Positions 1 through 11,021 of a stretch of DNA of 64,000 nucleotides are shown piece after piece. Location of the stretch: contig JBKJQY010000088.1 of assembly GCA_046593725.1 (NCBI GenBank), positions 8,623 through 72,622 of the forward strand. Direction: 5' to 3'. The notes beneath the pieces were generated by a model. The model searched no databases. It had not been told where the DNA came from and saw nothing but the letters and a program-made list of their open reading frames with translations. Source of the stretch: Candidatus Limnocylindrales bacterium (GTDB lineage Bacteria; Chloroflexota; Limnocylindria; Limnocylindrales; CSP1-4). The position numbers were made by a program, and so were the translations under genes. Position 1 is the first letter of the stretch, and every line of letters begins with the position of its first letter.

Positions 1-857
1 AGCTCATCGGCGCGACCACGGTCAATGGCAACACCGCGCTCACGAACTGCACCGAGAACTCGCTCCGCGTGTTCGACCACATCGGGCTGACCGGTGTCCC
101 GGTCCACGAGGGCATGGCCGAACCGATGGTTCGCCCGAACGCGCACCAGATCAATCCGGCGTGGCAGATCCACGGCGACTTCCTGGACCTGCCGCCGTCG
201 CGGTCGACGAAGGGCGAGCGTCATGCGGTGGACTGGCTCATCGATACCTACATGGCGTCCGATGGCGACATCACGCTCGTGCCCGTTGGGCCGCTAACCA
301 ACGTTGCGACCGCGATGCGCAAGGAACCGCGGATCATCGAGCGGATCCCGGAGCTGGTGATCATGGGTGGTGCCCACGACCACGGCAACGCGACCGCATC
401 GGCCGAATTCAACATCTTCCTGGACCCGGAAGCTGCCTGGATCGTCGTCAACTGCGGCCGGCCGATCCGGATGCTGCCGCTGGACGCGACGCACGAGGCG
501 CTCGTGTCGCTCGAGGATTGCGCCCGGCTGCGAGCGCTTGGCACACCGGCCGGCGAGGCGACCGCGACCTTCATCGAGAAGCGGATCGCCGGTTATGACG
601 CGACCCAGCCGATGCATCGCCTGGGCGCCGCGCCGGTCCACGACGCGCTGGCTGTGTGCGCCGTGATCGACCCGACCGTCATCACGACGCACTTCATCCC
701 GGTCGACATCGAGACCGGCGGCGAACTGTCGCAGGGTCGGACCGTGGCGGACTTCCGCGGTCGGAGCAAACGGCCACCGAACGTCCACTTCGCGATGGAC
801 GCGGACGAACCCAAGTTCGTCGCGATGCTGCTCGAGATCCTCGGCCGGACGCTCTAG
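1..857 (+). CDS. Inosine/uridine-preferring nucleoside hydrolase family protein (5' end outside window)
   Basis: Frame 3 is open from base 3 (LIGATTVNGNTALTNCTENSLRVFDHI...). Continues LVPVGPLTNVATAMRKEPRIIERIPELVIMGGA, NIFLDPEAA, HDALAV, typical of IUNH ribohydrolases. Listed ORF 69..857 is only the first in-window Met. Confidence 0.85.
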   Translation, partial: LIGATTVNGNTALTNCTENSLRVFDHIGLTGVPVHEGMAEPMVRPNAHQINPAWQIHGDFLDLPPSRSTKGERHAVDWLIDTYMASDGDITLVPVGPLTNVATAMRKEPRIIERIPELVIMGGAHDHGNATASAEFNIFLDPEAAWIVVNCGRPIRMLPLDATHEALVSLEDCARLRALGTPAGEATATFIEKRIAGYDATQPMHRLGAAPVHDALAVCAVIDPTVITTHFIPVDIETGGELSQGRTVADFRGRSKRPPNVHFAMDADEPKFVAMLLEILGRTL

Positions 858-894
858 CGGGCCGTCGCCGCTGCGATCGGTGGCCGGGTCAGTC

Positions 895-1671
895 CTAGTT
901 GGCCGTCTTGAACATGAGGCCGTTCGCGCCGGCATCCAGCGTGAGGCTGTCCGCATCGATCGAGTAGGGGACCGTGCCCGTCAGGACTGCCGTCATCGCG
1001 CCTTCGACAGCAGCGCCGGGACCCTCGCACGCCATCTTGGTCAGGACCAACGGCCCGAACGTGAGGGCGTCTGCCGCCACCGTGACCGGGCCGCCGCCCT
1101 TGTTGCAGCCGGCGTTCAGCTCCAGGTTGCCATCGACGATCCGGATGGACGCCGTCACGCCCTGCGGGACGGACGACACCGAGTCGCCGGTGACGATCCC
1201 GTCCAGCACCCAGAGCGTGCCCTCGATCGGTTGATCGGGTGTTGCAACCTCCTTCTCGAGGAGGGTCAGCGTGGTGACTTTGCCGTCGTCTAGCGTGAGC
1301 GTGTTGCCGTCCTGCGTGACCTTGACGCCGGCGATGAACGTGGCGAACCACTGATCCTGTTGCATCCGCGGCTCCTGGCAGGCCATCTCCGTCATGAACA
1401 TCCCGGCGGTCGTGAGGCGGTCGCCGGTCAGGGTGTAGGAGCCGCCCATCGAGTTGCAGCCCGCGCTCGCCTGCAGGTTGCCGTCCTTGAAGGTGAGGCT
1501 GATGCGCGTCCCCGGGACCAGGGTCACGCCCTGAACACCGGTCGACAGGTATGTGTGGCCGTCAAGGCCGGGAGCGGATGTGCTGGGCGGGCCGCTTGGT
1601 GTTGCGCCCGATGAGCAGGCCCCGAGGATGGTGGCTACGGTGATCGTCAGGAGCAGCGATCGTGGTGTCAT
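895..1671 (-). CDS. Lipoprotein with two META (HslJ-like) domains
   Basis: N-terminal signal plus lipobox (TILGAC-SS). Two repeated segments with GCN..GGSY / AGCNKGGGP and 'TLTLDDG / SLTLDAG' patterns typical of META/DUF306 domains. Confidence 0.7.
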   Translation of the reverse strand: MTPRSLLLTITVATILGACSSGATPSGPPSTSAPGLDGHTYLSTGVQGVTLVPGTRISLTFKDGNLQASAGCNSMGGSYTLTGDRLTTAGMFMTEMACQEPRMQQDQWFATFIAGVKVTQDGNTLTLDDGKVTTLTLLEKEVATPDQPIEGTLWVLDGIVTGDSVSSVPQGVTASIRIVDGNLELNAGCNKGGGPVTVAADALTFGPLVLTKMACEGPGAAVEGAMTAVLTGTVPYSIDADSLTLDAGANGLMFKTAN

Positions 1672-1990
1672 GGCCCCGAGACGACGGGGTGGGCGGCGTG
1701 GTTCCGTGCCGCGTGCCGGGGTCTCCTCGCCAGGGTCCGTCGCTTCCGGGGCGACGAACCCGGGCTTCAGCGGTCGGATCTAGCCCAGCGCATGCCGTGA
1801 CCGCCTCACTCGTCGCCCCCACGCGACGGCCCGGGGCCTGGGACGCCTCGGGGAGCGCATCGGTCAGCCTGGACCCGTGATTCGTCGCCCCCGGGGCAAC
1901 GACCCCGATCCGACACAGACACTTGCGAATCGCAAGCCTGCCGGCTATGGTGGTTGTACACGCAACGACACACAGGAGCACGCACACGAC

Positions 1991-2374
1991 ATGAACGACC
2001 AGATCAGCGCCGCCCTCGCGACGGGCCACACGATCGACATCACGACGACCGGCCGCAAGACCGGCGAACCCCGGCGTATCGAGATCGTCTTCCACAACAT
2101 CGACGGGCGCCTGATCATCACGGGCATGCCACGCGCGGGCAACACCCGTGCGTGGATCCACAACCTGGAGGCCGATCCGAACCTGACCTTCCATCTGAAG
2201 GGCGCGGTCAAGGCGGACCTGGCTGCGACGGCGCGGATCGTCACGGGTGAGGCGGAGCGGCGGTCCATCGCCGACTGGGTGTCTGCCAATGCCTGGCATG
2301 GTCAGGATGCGGCGCTGATGGCGGCCCACTCCCCGATCATCGAGATCACGATCCTGGATCTGGTCACGGCCTAG
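1991..2374 (+). CDS. Nitroreductase-family deazaflavin (F420)-dependent oxidoreductase-like protein (DUF385 type)
   Basis: ITTTGRKTGEPRRIEIVFHNIDGRLIITG...AWIHNLEADPNLTF matches the GRK(S/T)G..R...P.W..N core of this family. ATG 1991 follows AGGAG; the longer ORF from 1877 is Arg/Pro-rich junk. Confidence 0.7.
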   Translation: MNDQISAALATGHTIDITTTGRKTGEPRRIEIVFHNIDGRLIITGMPRAGNTRAWIHNLEADPNLTFHLKGAVKADLAATARIVTGEAERRSIADWVSANAWHGQDAALMAAHSPIIEITILDLVTA

Positions 2375-2398
2375 ACTCCACCGTGTGGAGATCCGGGC

Positions 2399-2656
2399 GT
2401 GAGCGATGGACCACGCGTGATCGAACTGCGCGTCGAGCTGGCTTCGGACGATGAATTCGATGCGCTCGAACGCGCGCTGCTCAAGGCTCGTGCCACGGAG
2501 CTCAGCGAGGTCCGTCGCCGCGACGTCCGACTCACCGCTGGCTACGGCGATGCTGCCAACCGCGACATGATGGACGACGAGGCTCGTCGTGCCCAGCAAC
2601 GGCACGATGTCCTCACTGCTCTTCTCAAAGCGCTCCGGGCCGCACGAGGAGGCTGA
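2399..2656 (+). CDS. Hypothetical small acidic/helical protein
   Basis: 85-aa ORF with GTG start after GGAG and normal-looking composition (E/D/L/R rich). No motif recognised. Confidence 0.4.
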   Translation: MSDGPRVIELRVELASDDEFDALERALLKARATELSEVRRRDVRLTAGYGDAANRDMMDDEARRAQQRHDVLTALLKALRAARGG

Positions 2657-2843
2657 CCGGTCAGACGGTCCACATGGCCGTGATCCAGGTGACCACGACA
2701 GTCGCCAGCGCAGGGACGCTCGGGCGCGGCCCTGACGCCGGGGTGGCGTCATTCCGTGCGGGAATCACGAACCGGCGAGGGCCCTTGCGAGCCCTCGCCG
2801 GTTCGAGGTTGGTGGTCCGGATCGTTGACCCGGGTGGTGTCCG

Positions 2844-3530
2844 TCAGGCAGGCGAGCCCGTGGGCTGCAGTGCCGGGACCTTGACCTTGACGGTCTCGGC
2901 TCGCGTCGCCCATACCAGGCCGAGGCCGGTGATGACGAACAGGAGGCCCAGGCCGGCGAGGATCGCAGCCATGCCCAATCCGAGCTGGAGGGCAGAGGCG
3001 GTCACGCTGCCGACGCCGAGCTCGGCGATGAGCGCGTGGGCCGTACCGGTCCAGATCTGTCCGCGGGCCGCACCCTCGATCGGGTTCGCCCGGTTGAAGC
3101 CGGTCCAGTAGCGACCGTCGTTCTTGAACTCGTAGGTGCCGGCGGCGATGGTCTGGCCGTTGAAGTCGGTCGGCTCGGTGAGGACGACCGTGGTCTTGGC
3201 GTTGAGGGTGTGGTAGGCGATCGTCGCCATCTGGTACATGTACTCGCCCGACGTGTTGACCAGCGGGTCGTTCGGATTCAATTCACTCTTGTCGACGCTG
3301 TAGCCCCAGTCGTTGACGAGGAGCGACATGATCGCGGTGGCTTCTTCGGGGTTTGCGCCACCCAACACACCCTGGTCGTCGTACGCGAGGGTGACGTTCT
3401 GCGCGGCGCTGAACGCCTGGAGGGCCTGGGAGCCCTGGTTGACCCGATACAGCGCGTAGCCGCCGCCCGCGATGAACGCGAAGCCGAAGACTGCGAGCAC
3501 GAGACCTAGCTTCTTCAATCGTCCGTTCAT
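2844..3530 (-). CDS. Membrane-anchored hypothetical protein (N- and C-terminal TM helices)
   Basis: Internal Met MNGRLKKLGLVLAVFGFAFIAGGGYAL preceded by GGAAGGAAGAGGG. C-terminal hydrophobic segment LGLGMAAILAGLGLLFVITGLGLVWA. The upstream part of ORF 2844..3728 looks non-coding. Confidence 0.6.
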   Translation of the reverse strand: MNGRLKKLGLVLAVFGFAFIAGGGYALYRVNQGSQALQAFSAAQNVTLAYDDQGVLGGANPEEATAIMSLLVNDWGYSVDKSELNPNDPLVNTSGEYMYQMATIAYHTLNAKTTVVLTEPTDFNGQTIAAGTYEFKNDGRYWTGFNRANPIEGAARGQIWTGTAHALIAELGVGSVTASALQLGLGMAAILAGLGLLFVITGLGLVWATRAETVKVKVPALQPTGSPA

Positions 3531-3726
3531 GACCCTCTTCCTTCCCTGCGTTGCCTTGTGGTTGGTGCCTGATGTCAGCGTCGCGGAAGGGAACGGGTCG
3601 TGGCAGGGGCCATGACGACCCATCTGGGGCCTGATGGCCCCCTCCTTGGGGGGCCAAATGACCCGGGCTGGGCAATGCTCGGCCCGCGGGGCTCGATCCA
3701 ACAACCAAAGCGTGTACCGTCCGTTC

Positions 3727-4791
3727 ATGACCGAAAACGTCCTGGATCAGGCGGGCGAGGCGGCGCTCTACCACCGGCTGCGATGGTTCTGGCACCCGGT
3801 CCTGTGGGCCGACGAGCTGGCGGATCGGCCGGTCGCGGCGCGGCTCCTCGATGAGCCGATCGTGCTCGTCAGGCTCGATGGCGCCGTGCGTGCCTTTCGG
3901 GACCTGTGCGTGCATCGCGGCACGGCGCTCTCGCTGGGCTGGGTGGAGGACGACCATCTCGTCTGCGCCTACCACGGCTGGACGTACGACCCTGACGGGC
4001 TCTGCACCCGGATCCCGGCCAGCCATGGCGACAACATCCCGCGGCGCGCCCGGATCACGCCGTTCGCCGCCGCGGAACACGCTGGGCTCATCTGGGTCTG
4101 CCTCGGCGACGAGGGCAGGACCAGCGACGACGAGGCAACCGAGCCGGCGATGCCGCTGCCCGAGTTCCCGGAGTGGAGCGACGACACCTATCGGAAGATC
4201 AAGATCCCGCAGTACGACTGGCACAGCAGCGCGGCGCGACGGGTCGAGAACTTCGTCGATTTCAGCCACTTCGCCTGGGTTCACGAGGGCATCCTTGGCG
4301 ACCGGTCCCGGCCCGAGATTCCGGACCATGACGTCTACCGCACCGAAACGACGCTGTGGTTCCGCCTCGGGATCGAGGAGCCGACCAACGATCTCAAGGG
4401 CGACGCCGAGGCGGGCGAACGGGTTCAGCGCGAGCCGTCGCAGTACACGATCGCGATGCCGTTCACAGTCCGCCTCGACCAGCCGCTCGCGGACGACCGT
4501 CACTTCGTCCTGTTCGTCGCGTCGTGCCCGCTCTCCGCGAAGGAGACGCGCAACTTCACCTGGAACGCGCGCAACTACGACCCGGACCCGGACCGCGACC
4601 AGTCGTTCATCGACTTCCAGCAGGTGATCCTGGAGCAGGACCGCGTCGTCGTGGAGTCGCAGCGCCCCGAGGAGCTACCGATCGACCTGTCCGACGAGCT
4701 CCACATCAAGGGCGTGGACCGCGTCTCGATCGACTACCGCCGCTGGCTCGGCGAGATCGCGCTGGGCGAGGACGGACCTCGCGGCTCCTGA
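3727..4791 (+). CDS. Rieske [2Fe-2S] non-heme iron oxygenase (PaO/vanillate-demethylase-like alpha subunit)
   Basis: Rieske motif CVHRGTALSLGWVEDDHLVCAYHGWTYD (CxH..CxxH) and mononuclear-iron region ENFVDFSHFAWVHEG. Start taken at MTENVLDQ. Confidence 0.85.
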   Translation: MTENVLDQAGEAALYHRLRWFWHPVLWADELADRPVAARLLDEPIVLVRLDGAVRAFRDLCVHRGTALSLGWVEDDHLVCAYHGWTYDPDGLCTRIPASHGDNIPRRARITPFAAAEHAGLIWVCLGDEGRTSDDEATEPAMPLPEFPEWSDDTYRKIKIPQYDWHSSAARRVENFVDFSHFAWVHEGILGDRSRPEIPDHDVYRTETTLWFRLGIEEPTNDLKGDAEAGERVQREPSQYTIAMPFTVRLDQPLADDRHFVLFVASCPLSAKETRNFTWNARNYDPDPDRDQSFIDFQQVILEQDRVVVESQRPEELPIDLSDELHIKGVDRVSIDYRRWLGEIALGEDGPRGS

Positions 4792-4792
4792 G

Positions 4793-5446
4793 TCAGTCCT
4801 TCCCGAGCAGCAGGCGGTCGATCGTATCGCCATACCAGGACTCGAATCGCTCGGGGGTCCAACGTCGGTCGACGACAAGGGCACGATACGTGTCTGGACT
4901 GCCGAGAGCGTACAGGCTGTCCACGGCGCCCTCGAAGTCGAGGCCCTCGCGCAGGCCATGATTGCCCACGACGATCTGCAGCAGCTCGCGCTGTCCGGCC
5001 AGGCGCTGCGCGTCCCCCATGTCGCGGAGCACTGCGATCTCGGGATCCGCGGCCGCGGCGCCTCGGACGATCTCGTCGACTTCGTGGCGTCGCTCCAGGA
5101 TCGCCCGGCCGGCCGCCGCCAGCAACCGTGCCCGTCGGTGCGGGTCTGGTTCCGCCCGAAGGGCTTGAACCCATGCCTGCTGGAGGACGGGTGGCGCGTC
5201 GACGTCACCCGAGATCATGATGTCGATTAGGCCCGCGAGGATGGCGCGCTTCGTACCGAAGGTCGAGTAGATCGTCTCGGGAGACAGGTCGGCGAGCTCG
5301 GCGATCGATGTGATCGATGTGGCGACGTAGCCCCGATCCCCGAACAGGACCCGGGCGGATTCGAGCACGCGTCCGCGGGTCATTACAGCACGCGCTCGCC
5401 GCCGTGCAAAGTCGGGCGCCGGGGATCGGTTGACGGGTCCACTCAT
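4793..5446 (-). CDS. TetR/AcrR family transcriptional regulator
   Basis: N-terminal HTH TRGRVLESARVLFGDRGYVATSITSIAELADLSPETIYSTFGTKRAIL. Start at MSGPVNRS (cat 5444-5446). Divergent from 5513 ORF. Confidence 0.85.
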   Translation of the reverse strand: MSGPVNRSPAPDFARRRARAVMTRGRVLESARVLFGDRGYVATSITSIAELADLSPETIYSTFGTKRAILAGLIDIMISGDVDAPPVLQQAWVQALRAEPDPHRRARLLAAAGRAILERRHEVDEIVRGAAAADPEIAVLRDMGDAQRLAGQRELLQIVVGNHGLREGLDFEGAVDSLYALGSPDTYRALVVDRRWTPERFESWYGDTIDRLLLGKD

Positions 5447-5461
5447 GTGGGCATAGTATCG

Positions 5462-5483
5462 CTGCATTGATGCAGTGTCACTG
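5462..5483. promoter_or_regulatory. Candidate TetR operator: two adjacent palindromes in the divergent intergenic region
   Basis: CTGCAT-TG-ATGCAG (5462-5475) overlapping CAGTG-T-CACTG (5473-5483). Lies between the TetR start (5446) and the 5513 ORF, in a locally AT-richer stretch. Confidence 0.4.
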
Positions 5484-5512
5484 TATCTACTGTGATTGCG
5501 AGGAGGAGACCC

Positions 5513-5803
5513 GTGCCAGTCGTCCAGCTCGAGCACCCCGTCAACGACTACGAGTCCTGGAAGCGGGCCTTCGATAGCGATCCCGTCCATCGTGAGGCGT
5601 CCGGCGTCCGGAGCTACCAGATCTACCGGACGGTCGACGACCCGAACTACGTCGTGGTGGACTTGCTGTTCGACGGTCAAGCTGAGGCAGAAGCGTTCCA
5701 GTCGGCACTCGAGTCGATGTGGCGCTCGCCGCAGGCCATGGCGGCTCTTGCCGGTACACCACGAGTCCGAATCGTCGATCTCGCGGAGAGCAAGCGTTTT
5801 TGA
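5513..5803 (+). CDS. Small dimeric alpha/beta-barrel (ABM/cyclase-like) protein
   Basis: GTG 5513 follows AGGAGGAG. VPVVQLEHPVNDYESWKRAFDSDPVHREASGVRSYQIYRTVDDPNYVVVDLLFDG resembles small stress/antibiotic-monooxygenase-like barrels. Family assignment is tentative. Confidence 0.55.
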   Translation: MPVVQLEHPVNDYESWKRAFDSDPVHREASGVRSYQIYRTVDDPNYVVVDLLFDGQAEAEAFQSALESMWRSPQAMAALAGTPRVRIVDLAESKRF

Positions 5804-5862
5804 ACCAGGTCCTGCGGGGGGGCACATACGCGTGACGAGTGACTGACCCCTAGGATGGGTCC

Positions 5863-7128
5863 TTGCTCCTGACCATCACGCTTACTCGGCCCCCTGCAAC
5901 CGACCTCGGCTTCCTGCTCCACAAGAATCCAGGTCGTATCCACACACGTCCGCTGTCACGATCCGTGAAGAGAACGCCGCCGCAGCGATCGAGGTCATGA
6001 GCCGTTTCGCGGTCGATCCGCGCCGGCTGATCTACCTGCCGCCGACGATGTCGCCATCGAAGACGAGCGGAGAGCCGGGCTTGTTGGAGCACCCCGCCGA
6101 CGCCTTCGCCTACTTCCGGACGAATACCGCGCGTCGTGATCGAAGAGAAGCACATGGGCTCCAGGGCGGTGCTGGTCGTGTGCCGGGACGCGGACGTTGC
6201 CAGGGAGCGATTTGGTGTGACCGACGGCAGCGCGGGGACGAGCTTCACGCGCACAGGGCGTCGGTTTTTCGAAGTGGGCATCGAGACGGCGGTCCTGGCC
6301 CGCGTCCGTTCGGCGATGGATGCTGCGGGAACGTGGGATGACCTCGCCACCGACTGGATCCTGATCGACGCCGAACTCATGCCTTGGTCCGCCAAGGCAC
6401 ACGAGCTGATCCGGACCCAATACGCCCCGACCGGTGTCGCCGCGCGGACGGCACTGGCAGCGGTCATCCAGACCTTGGACGCGACTGCGGAGCGCGACGT
6501 CGATACGAGCGCGCTGGCCGATCGAATGCGCACGCGGCAGGGCCTCGTTGATCGCTACGTCAAGGCCTACTCGCGCTACAGCTGGCCTGTCGACTCGATC
6601 GACGATCTTCGACTCGCGCCCTTTCATCTCCTCGCCTCCGAGGGTCGGACGCACACCGATCGCGACCACGTCTGGCACATGGAAACGTTCGCCGCGATCT
6701 GCCGCCACGACGATGGACTCCTGCTTGCTACGCCATACCGGGTCATCGACTTGATGGATACGGCCGATGCTGCTGCCGGGGTGGCATGGTGGGAGGACCT
6801 GACGTCTCATGGCGGGGAGGGGATGGTCGTCAAGCCGCTGGACTTCATCCCAGCGCGTGGGCAGAAGCGCCCGGTCCAACCCGCAGTCAAGTGCCGTGGA
6901 CCGGAGTATCTTCGGATCATCTACGGCCCCGAGTACACGTTGCCGGAGCATCTGGAGCGGTTGCGGCAGCGCGGTCTCGCAGGGAAACGCAGCCTTGCGC
7001 ACCGCGAGTTCGCCCTCGGCGTCGAGGGCCTCGAACGGTTCACTCGCCACGAGCCACTTAGGCGGATCCACGAGTGCGTATTCGGATTGCTCGCGCTCGA
7101 AAGCGAGCCGGTGGACCCCCGTCTCTAG
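5863..7128 (+). pseudogene. Remnant of a Hen1/Pnkp RNA-repair cassette: Hen1 N-terminal ~25 codons joined to a frameshifted Pnkp C-terminal ligase domain
   Basis: 5863-5937 reads (M/L)LLTITLTRPPATDLGFLLHKNPGR, a bacterial Hen1 N-terminus. From ~5945, frame 3 reads TIREENAAAAIEVMSRFAVDPRRLIYLPPTMSP...LLEHPADAFAYFR. After ~6121, frame 1 reads IPRVVIEEKHMGSRAVLVVCRD... through to 7128 (Pnkp ligase-domain-like). Kinase and phosphatase domains and the Hen1 body are absent. Confidence 0.7.
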
Positions 7129-7134
7129 GGGGCG

Positions 7135-7228
7135 AATACCCCATAGGGGTATTGACAAGAGGATTGACAAATGGGGGTTCTTAGGCGCAAGATGCCGTCA
7201 CTAGGGCTTGTCAAGACTTGACAGGCCC
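7135..7228. promoter_or_regulatory. Palindrome/direct-repeat cluster upstream of dnaG
   Basis: 19-bp palindrome AATACCCC-ATA-GGGGTATT (7135-7153). Direct repeats ATTGACAA at 7151-7158 and 7163-7170. 25-bp near-perfect palindrome GGGCtTGTCAAG-A-CTTGACAgGCCC (7204-7228). Confidence 0.5.
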
Positions 7229-7285
7229 ACAAGCATGTTCGGGACCCGGTCGGATCGGCGGAGGTTCGAGCGGATCACCTGGAGG

Positions 7286-9229
7286 GTGAGCTTGGCGGTC
7301 GGCGTCGCAGCCGAAGTGAAGAGCAAGTTGAGTGTCGTGGACGTGGTCGGCGAGACCGTGGCGCTCAAGAAGGCGGGCACCGTCCTCAAGGGCCTGTGCC
7401 CGTTCCACGGCGAGAAGACAGCCTCGTTCGTCGTCACCCCGAACCGCGAGACATGGCATTGCTTTGGTTGTGGACTGGGAGGCGACATCTTCAGCTTCGT
7501 GATGCAGCGCGACTCCGCCACGTTCCCCGAGGCCCTTCGCACCCTGGCTTCCAAGGCCGGCGTGGAGATCGACGAGCGAACCAAGCGCGAGGACGCGCAC
7601 AAGGCTCGACTGCGTACGGTCATGGACAGCGCGATCGCGTTCTATCACGCCGTGCTCACGGGTTCGAAGCAGGGCGAAGCCGCTCTTGCCTACCTCCACG
7701 GCCGAGGGTTCACCGACGACACGATCAACACCTTTCAGCTTGGCTGGGCGCCCGGTGGCTGGGACACGATGACCCGCCAGCTCGCCGCCAAGCGCGACAT
7801 CCGCGCCGAGGAACTGGTCGAGGTGGGCCTCGCTTCGCCTCGCCAGAACCGCTCGGGCGTCTATGACAAGTTCCGGGCACGTGTCCTCTTCCCGATCCGC
7901 GACCAGAACGGCAGCGCGGTGGGCATGGGCGGCCGTCTGCTCGAAGGCGAGGGGCCCAAGTACCTCAATACCCCGGCGACGCCGTTGTTCGACAAGAGCC
8001 GGACGCTCTACCTCATCGACAAGGCCAAGTCGTCGATCCGCAAGTCCGGCCAGGCGGTCATCGTCGAGGGCTACACGGACGCGCTTATGGCCCACCAGGC
8101 CGGCTTCGACAATGTCGTCGCCTCGCTGGGGACCGCGCTGACGCCCGGTCAGGTCGCCCTCTTGACCCGTTACGCCACACGGATCGCGCTCGCCTACGAC
8201 GTCGATGCGGCCGGCGAGAAGGCGGGCACCGTGGGCGTGACCGCGATCGCCGGGCTGATCGGTCAGCTGCAGCACGGCGACTCGGGGGTGAAGCTGGAAG
8301 ACGTGCGCGTCGTGGGCCTGCCGGACGGCAAGGATCCCGACGATGTCGTCCGCGAGACGCCCGATGTCTGGGCGGCGTCGGTCGCCAGGGCCAAGCCACT
8401 GGTCGAGTACCTCATCGGCTATCACGCGGCGCGGTTCGACCTCAAGACCGCGGCCGGCCGGATCGGATTCGTGGAGGCCGTGATGCCATCGATCCGCGAC
8501 ATCGCCGATCCGCTGCGCCAGGCGGAGGCGTTGGGCGAGGTCCGCCAGGTCTCAGGGGTCGAGGAACGCACGTTGCGCCAGGTCCTGGAGCGGCCCGCCC
8601 GCAACCCGCTGACCGCCGGACAGCGAGGTTCTGGGAGTGGGGGAGCGGCCACCGACGCGCAGAGCCGGATCAGCGCGGAGGCCATCCTGTCCTCGCCCGA
8701 CGCGCTGCCGATCAACGACATCCTGCGAGCGGTCACTCCGGTCGAGAGTGAACTCCTGCGCCTGCTGCTACTGGTCCCGGACCAGCAACTTCGGGTGACC
8801 GAGGAGCTGGGGCCGGACCAGTTGCCCAGCACGGTCGCGCGCGAACTGTTCCGGGCGATCGTGTTCCAGCGCGAGTCCGACGATCAGGGGGTCCACCCGC
8901 CGTTCGATGGCGCGGCGCTGCTGCTGGCGGTCGACGAGGAAACGGCAGCGCTCGCTCGAGCGTTATATGCCAAGCCGGGCCCCGATCCACGCTCGCTCGA
9001 TGCGGGCGATCTTCACTACCAGGTCACCCGGCTGCTCCTCGAGCTCGAGGATGACCAGTTGCGCGAACGCAGCGACTACAACGAGGCCGCCCAGGGCGAG
9101 GCGGAACGAGCGGGCGATCGAGACGCGATCGACCGATTGATGAACGAACGACGCCTGATCAACGAAGCACGGCGGTCACTGGACCGACGGCGCGAAGAGA
9201 CCCGACTGCTCGCCAGTCCCCGGAGGTAA
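7286..9229 (+). CDS. dnaG: DNA primase DnaG
   Basis: Zinc-ribbon [42 protein letters not shown] region [16 protein letters not shown] ... DGKDPDD. Start uncertain: GTG 7286 preferred, ATG 7235 possible. TTG 7208 lies inside a palindrome. Confidence 0.93.
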   Translation: MSLAVGVAAEVKSKLSVVDVVGETVALKKAGTVLKGLCPFHGEKTASFVVTPNRETWHCFGCGLGGDIFSFVMQRDSATFPEALRTLASKAGVEIDERTKREDAHKARLRTVMDSAIAFYHAVLTGSKQGEAALAYLHGRGFTDDTINTFQLGWAPGGWDTMTRQLAAKRDIRAEELVEVGLASPRQNRSGVYDKFRARVLFPIRDQNGSAVGMGGRLLEGEGPKYLNTPATPLFDKSRTLYLIDKAKSSIRKSGQAVIVEGYTDALMAHQAGFDNVVASLGTALTPGQVALLTRYATRIALAYDVDAAGEKAGTVGVTAIAGLIGQLQHGDSGVKLEDVRVVGLPDGKDPDDVVRETPDVWAASVARAKPLVEYLIGYHAARFDLKTAAGRIGFVEAVMPSIRDIADPLRQAEALGEVRQVSGVEERTLRQVLERPARNPLTAGQRGSGSGGAATDAQSRISAEAILSSPDALPINDILRAVTPVESELLRLLLLVPDQQLRVTEELGPDQLPSTVARELFRAIVFQRESDDQGVHPPFDGAALLLAVDEETAALARALYAKPGPDPRSLDAGDLHYQVTRLLLELEDDQLRERSDYNEAAQGEAERAGDRDAIDRLMNERRLINEARRSLDRRREETRLLASPRR

Positions 9230-9233
9230 GTCC

Positions 9234-10964
<1,731 letters not shown>

Positions 10965-10985
10965 TCCGGGGGCCGGGTCGGGGCG

Positions 10986-11015
10986 GAGATCGGCCGAGAT
11001 CGGCCGAGATCGGTC
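10986..11015. repeat. 10-bp tandem repeat x3 (GAGATCGGCC)
   Basis: GAGATCGGCC GAGATCGGCC GAGATCGGTC, directly downstream of the rpoD stop. Confidence 0.8.
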
Positions 11016-11021
11016 CGAAAC

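Noticed and set aside
1562-2752. 396-aa minus-strand ORF
   Set aside because: It overlaps the deazaflavin-oxidoreductase-like gene, the small 2399 ORF and the META gene 5' end. Arg/Pro/Gly-rich, with no motif.
5995-7170. 391-aa minus-strand ORF (and 5850..6533, 227 aa)
   Set aside because: They are antisense to the Pnkp ligase-domain remnant, whose plus-strand translation is clearly homologous-looking. The minus frames are shadow ORFs.
7208-7285. TTG 7208 as the dnaG start (as in the ORF track)
   Set aside because: The codon sits inside the 25-bp palindrome and TTGACA repeats. The encoded MSRLDRPTSMFGTRSDRRRFERITWR has no primase counterpart. A downstream start (GTG 7286 or ATG 7235) is preferred.
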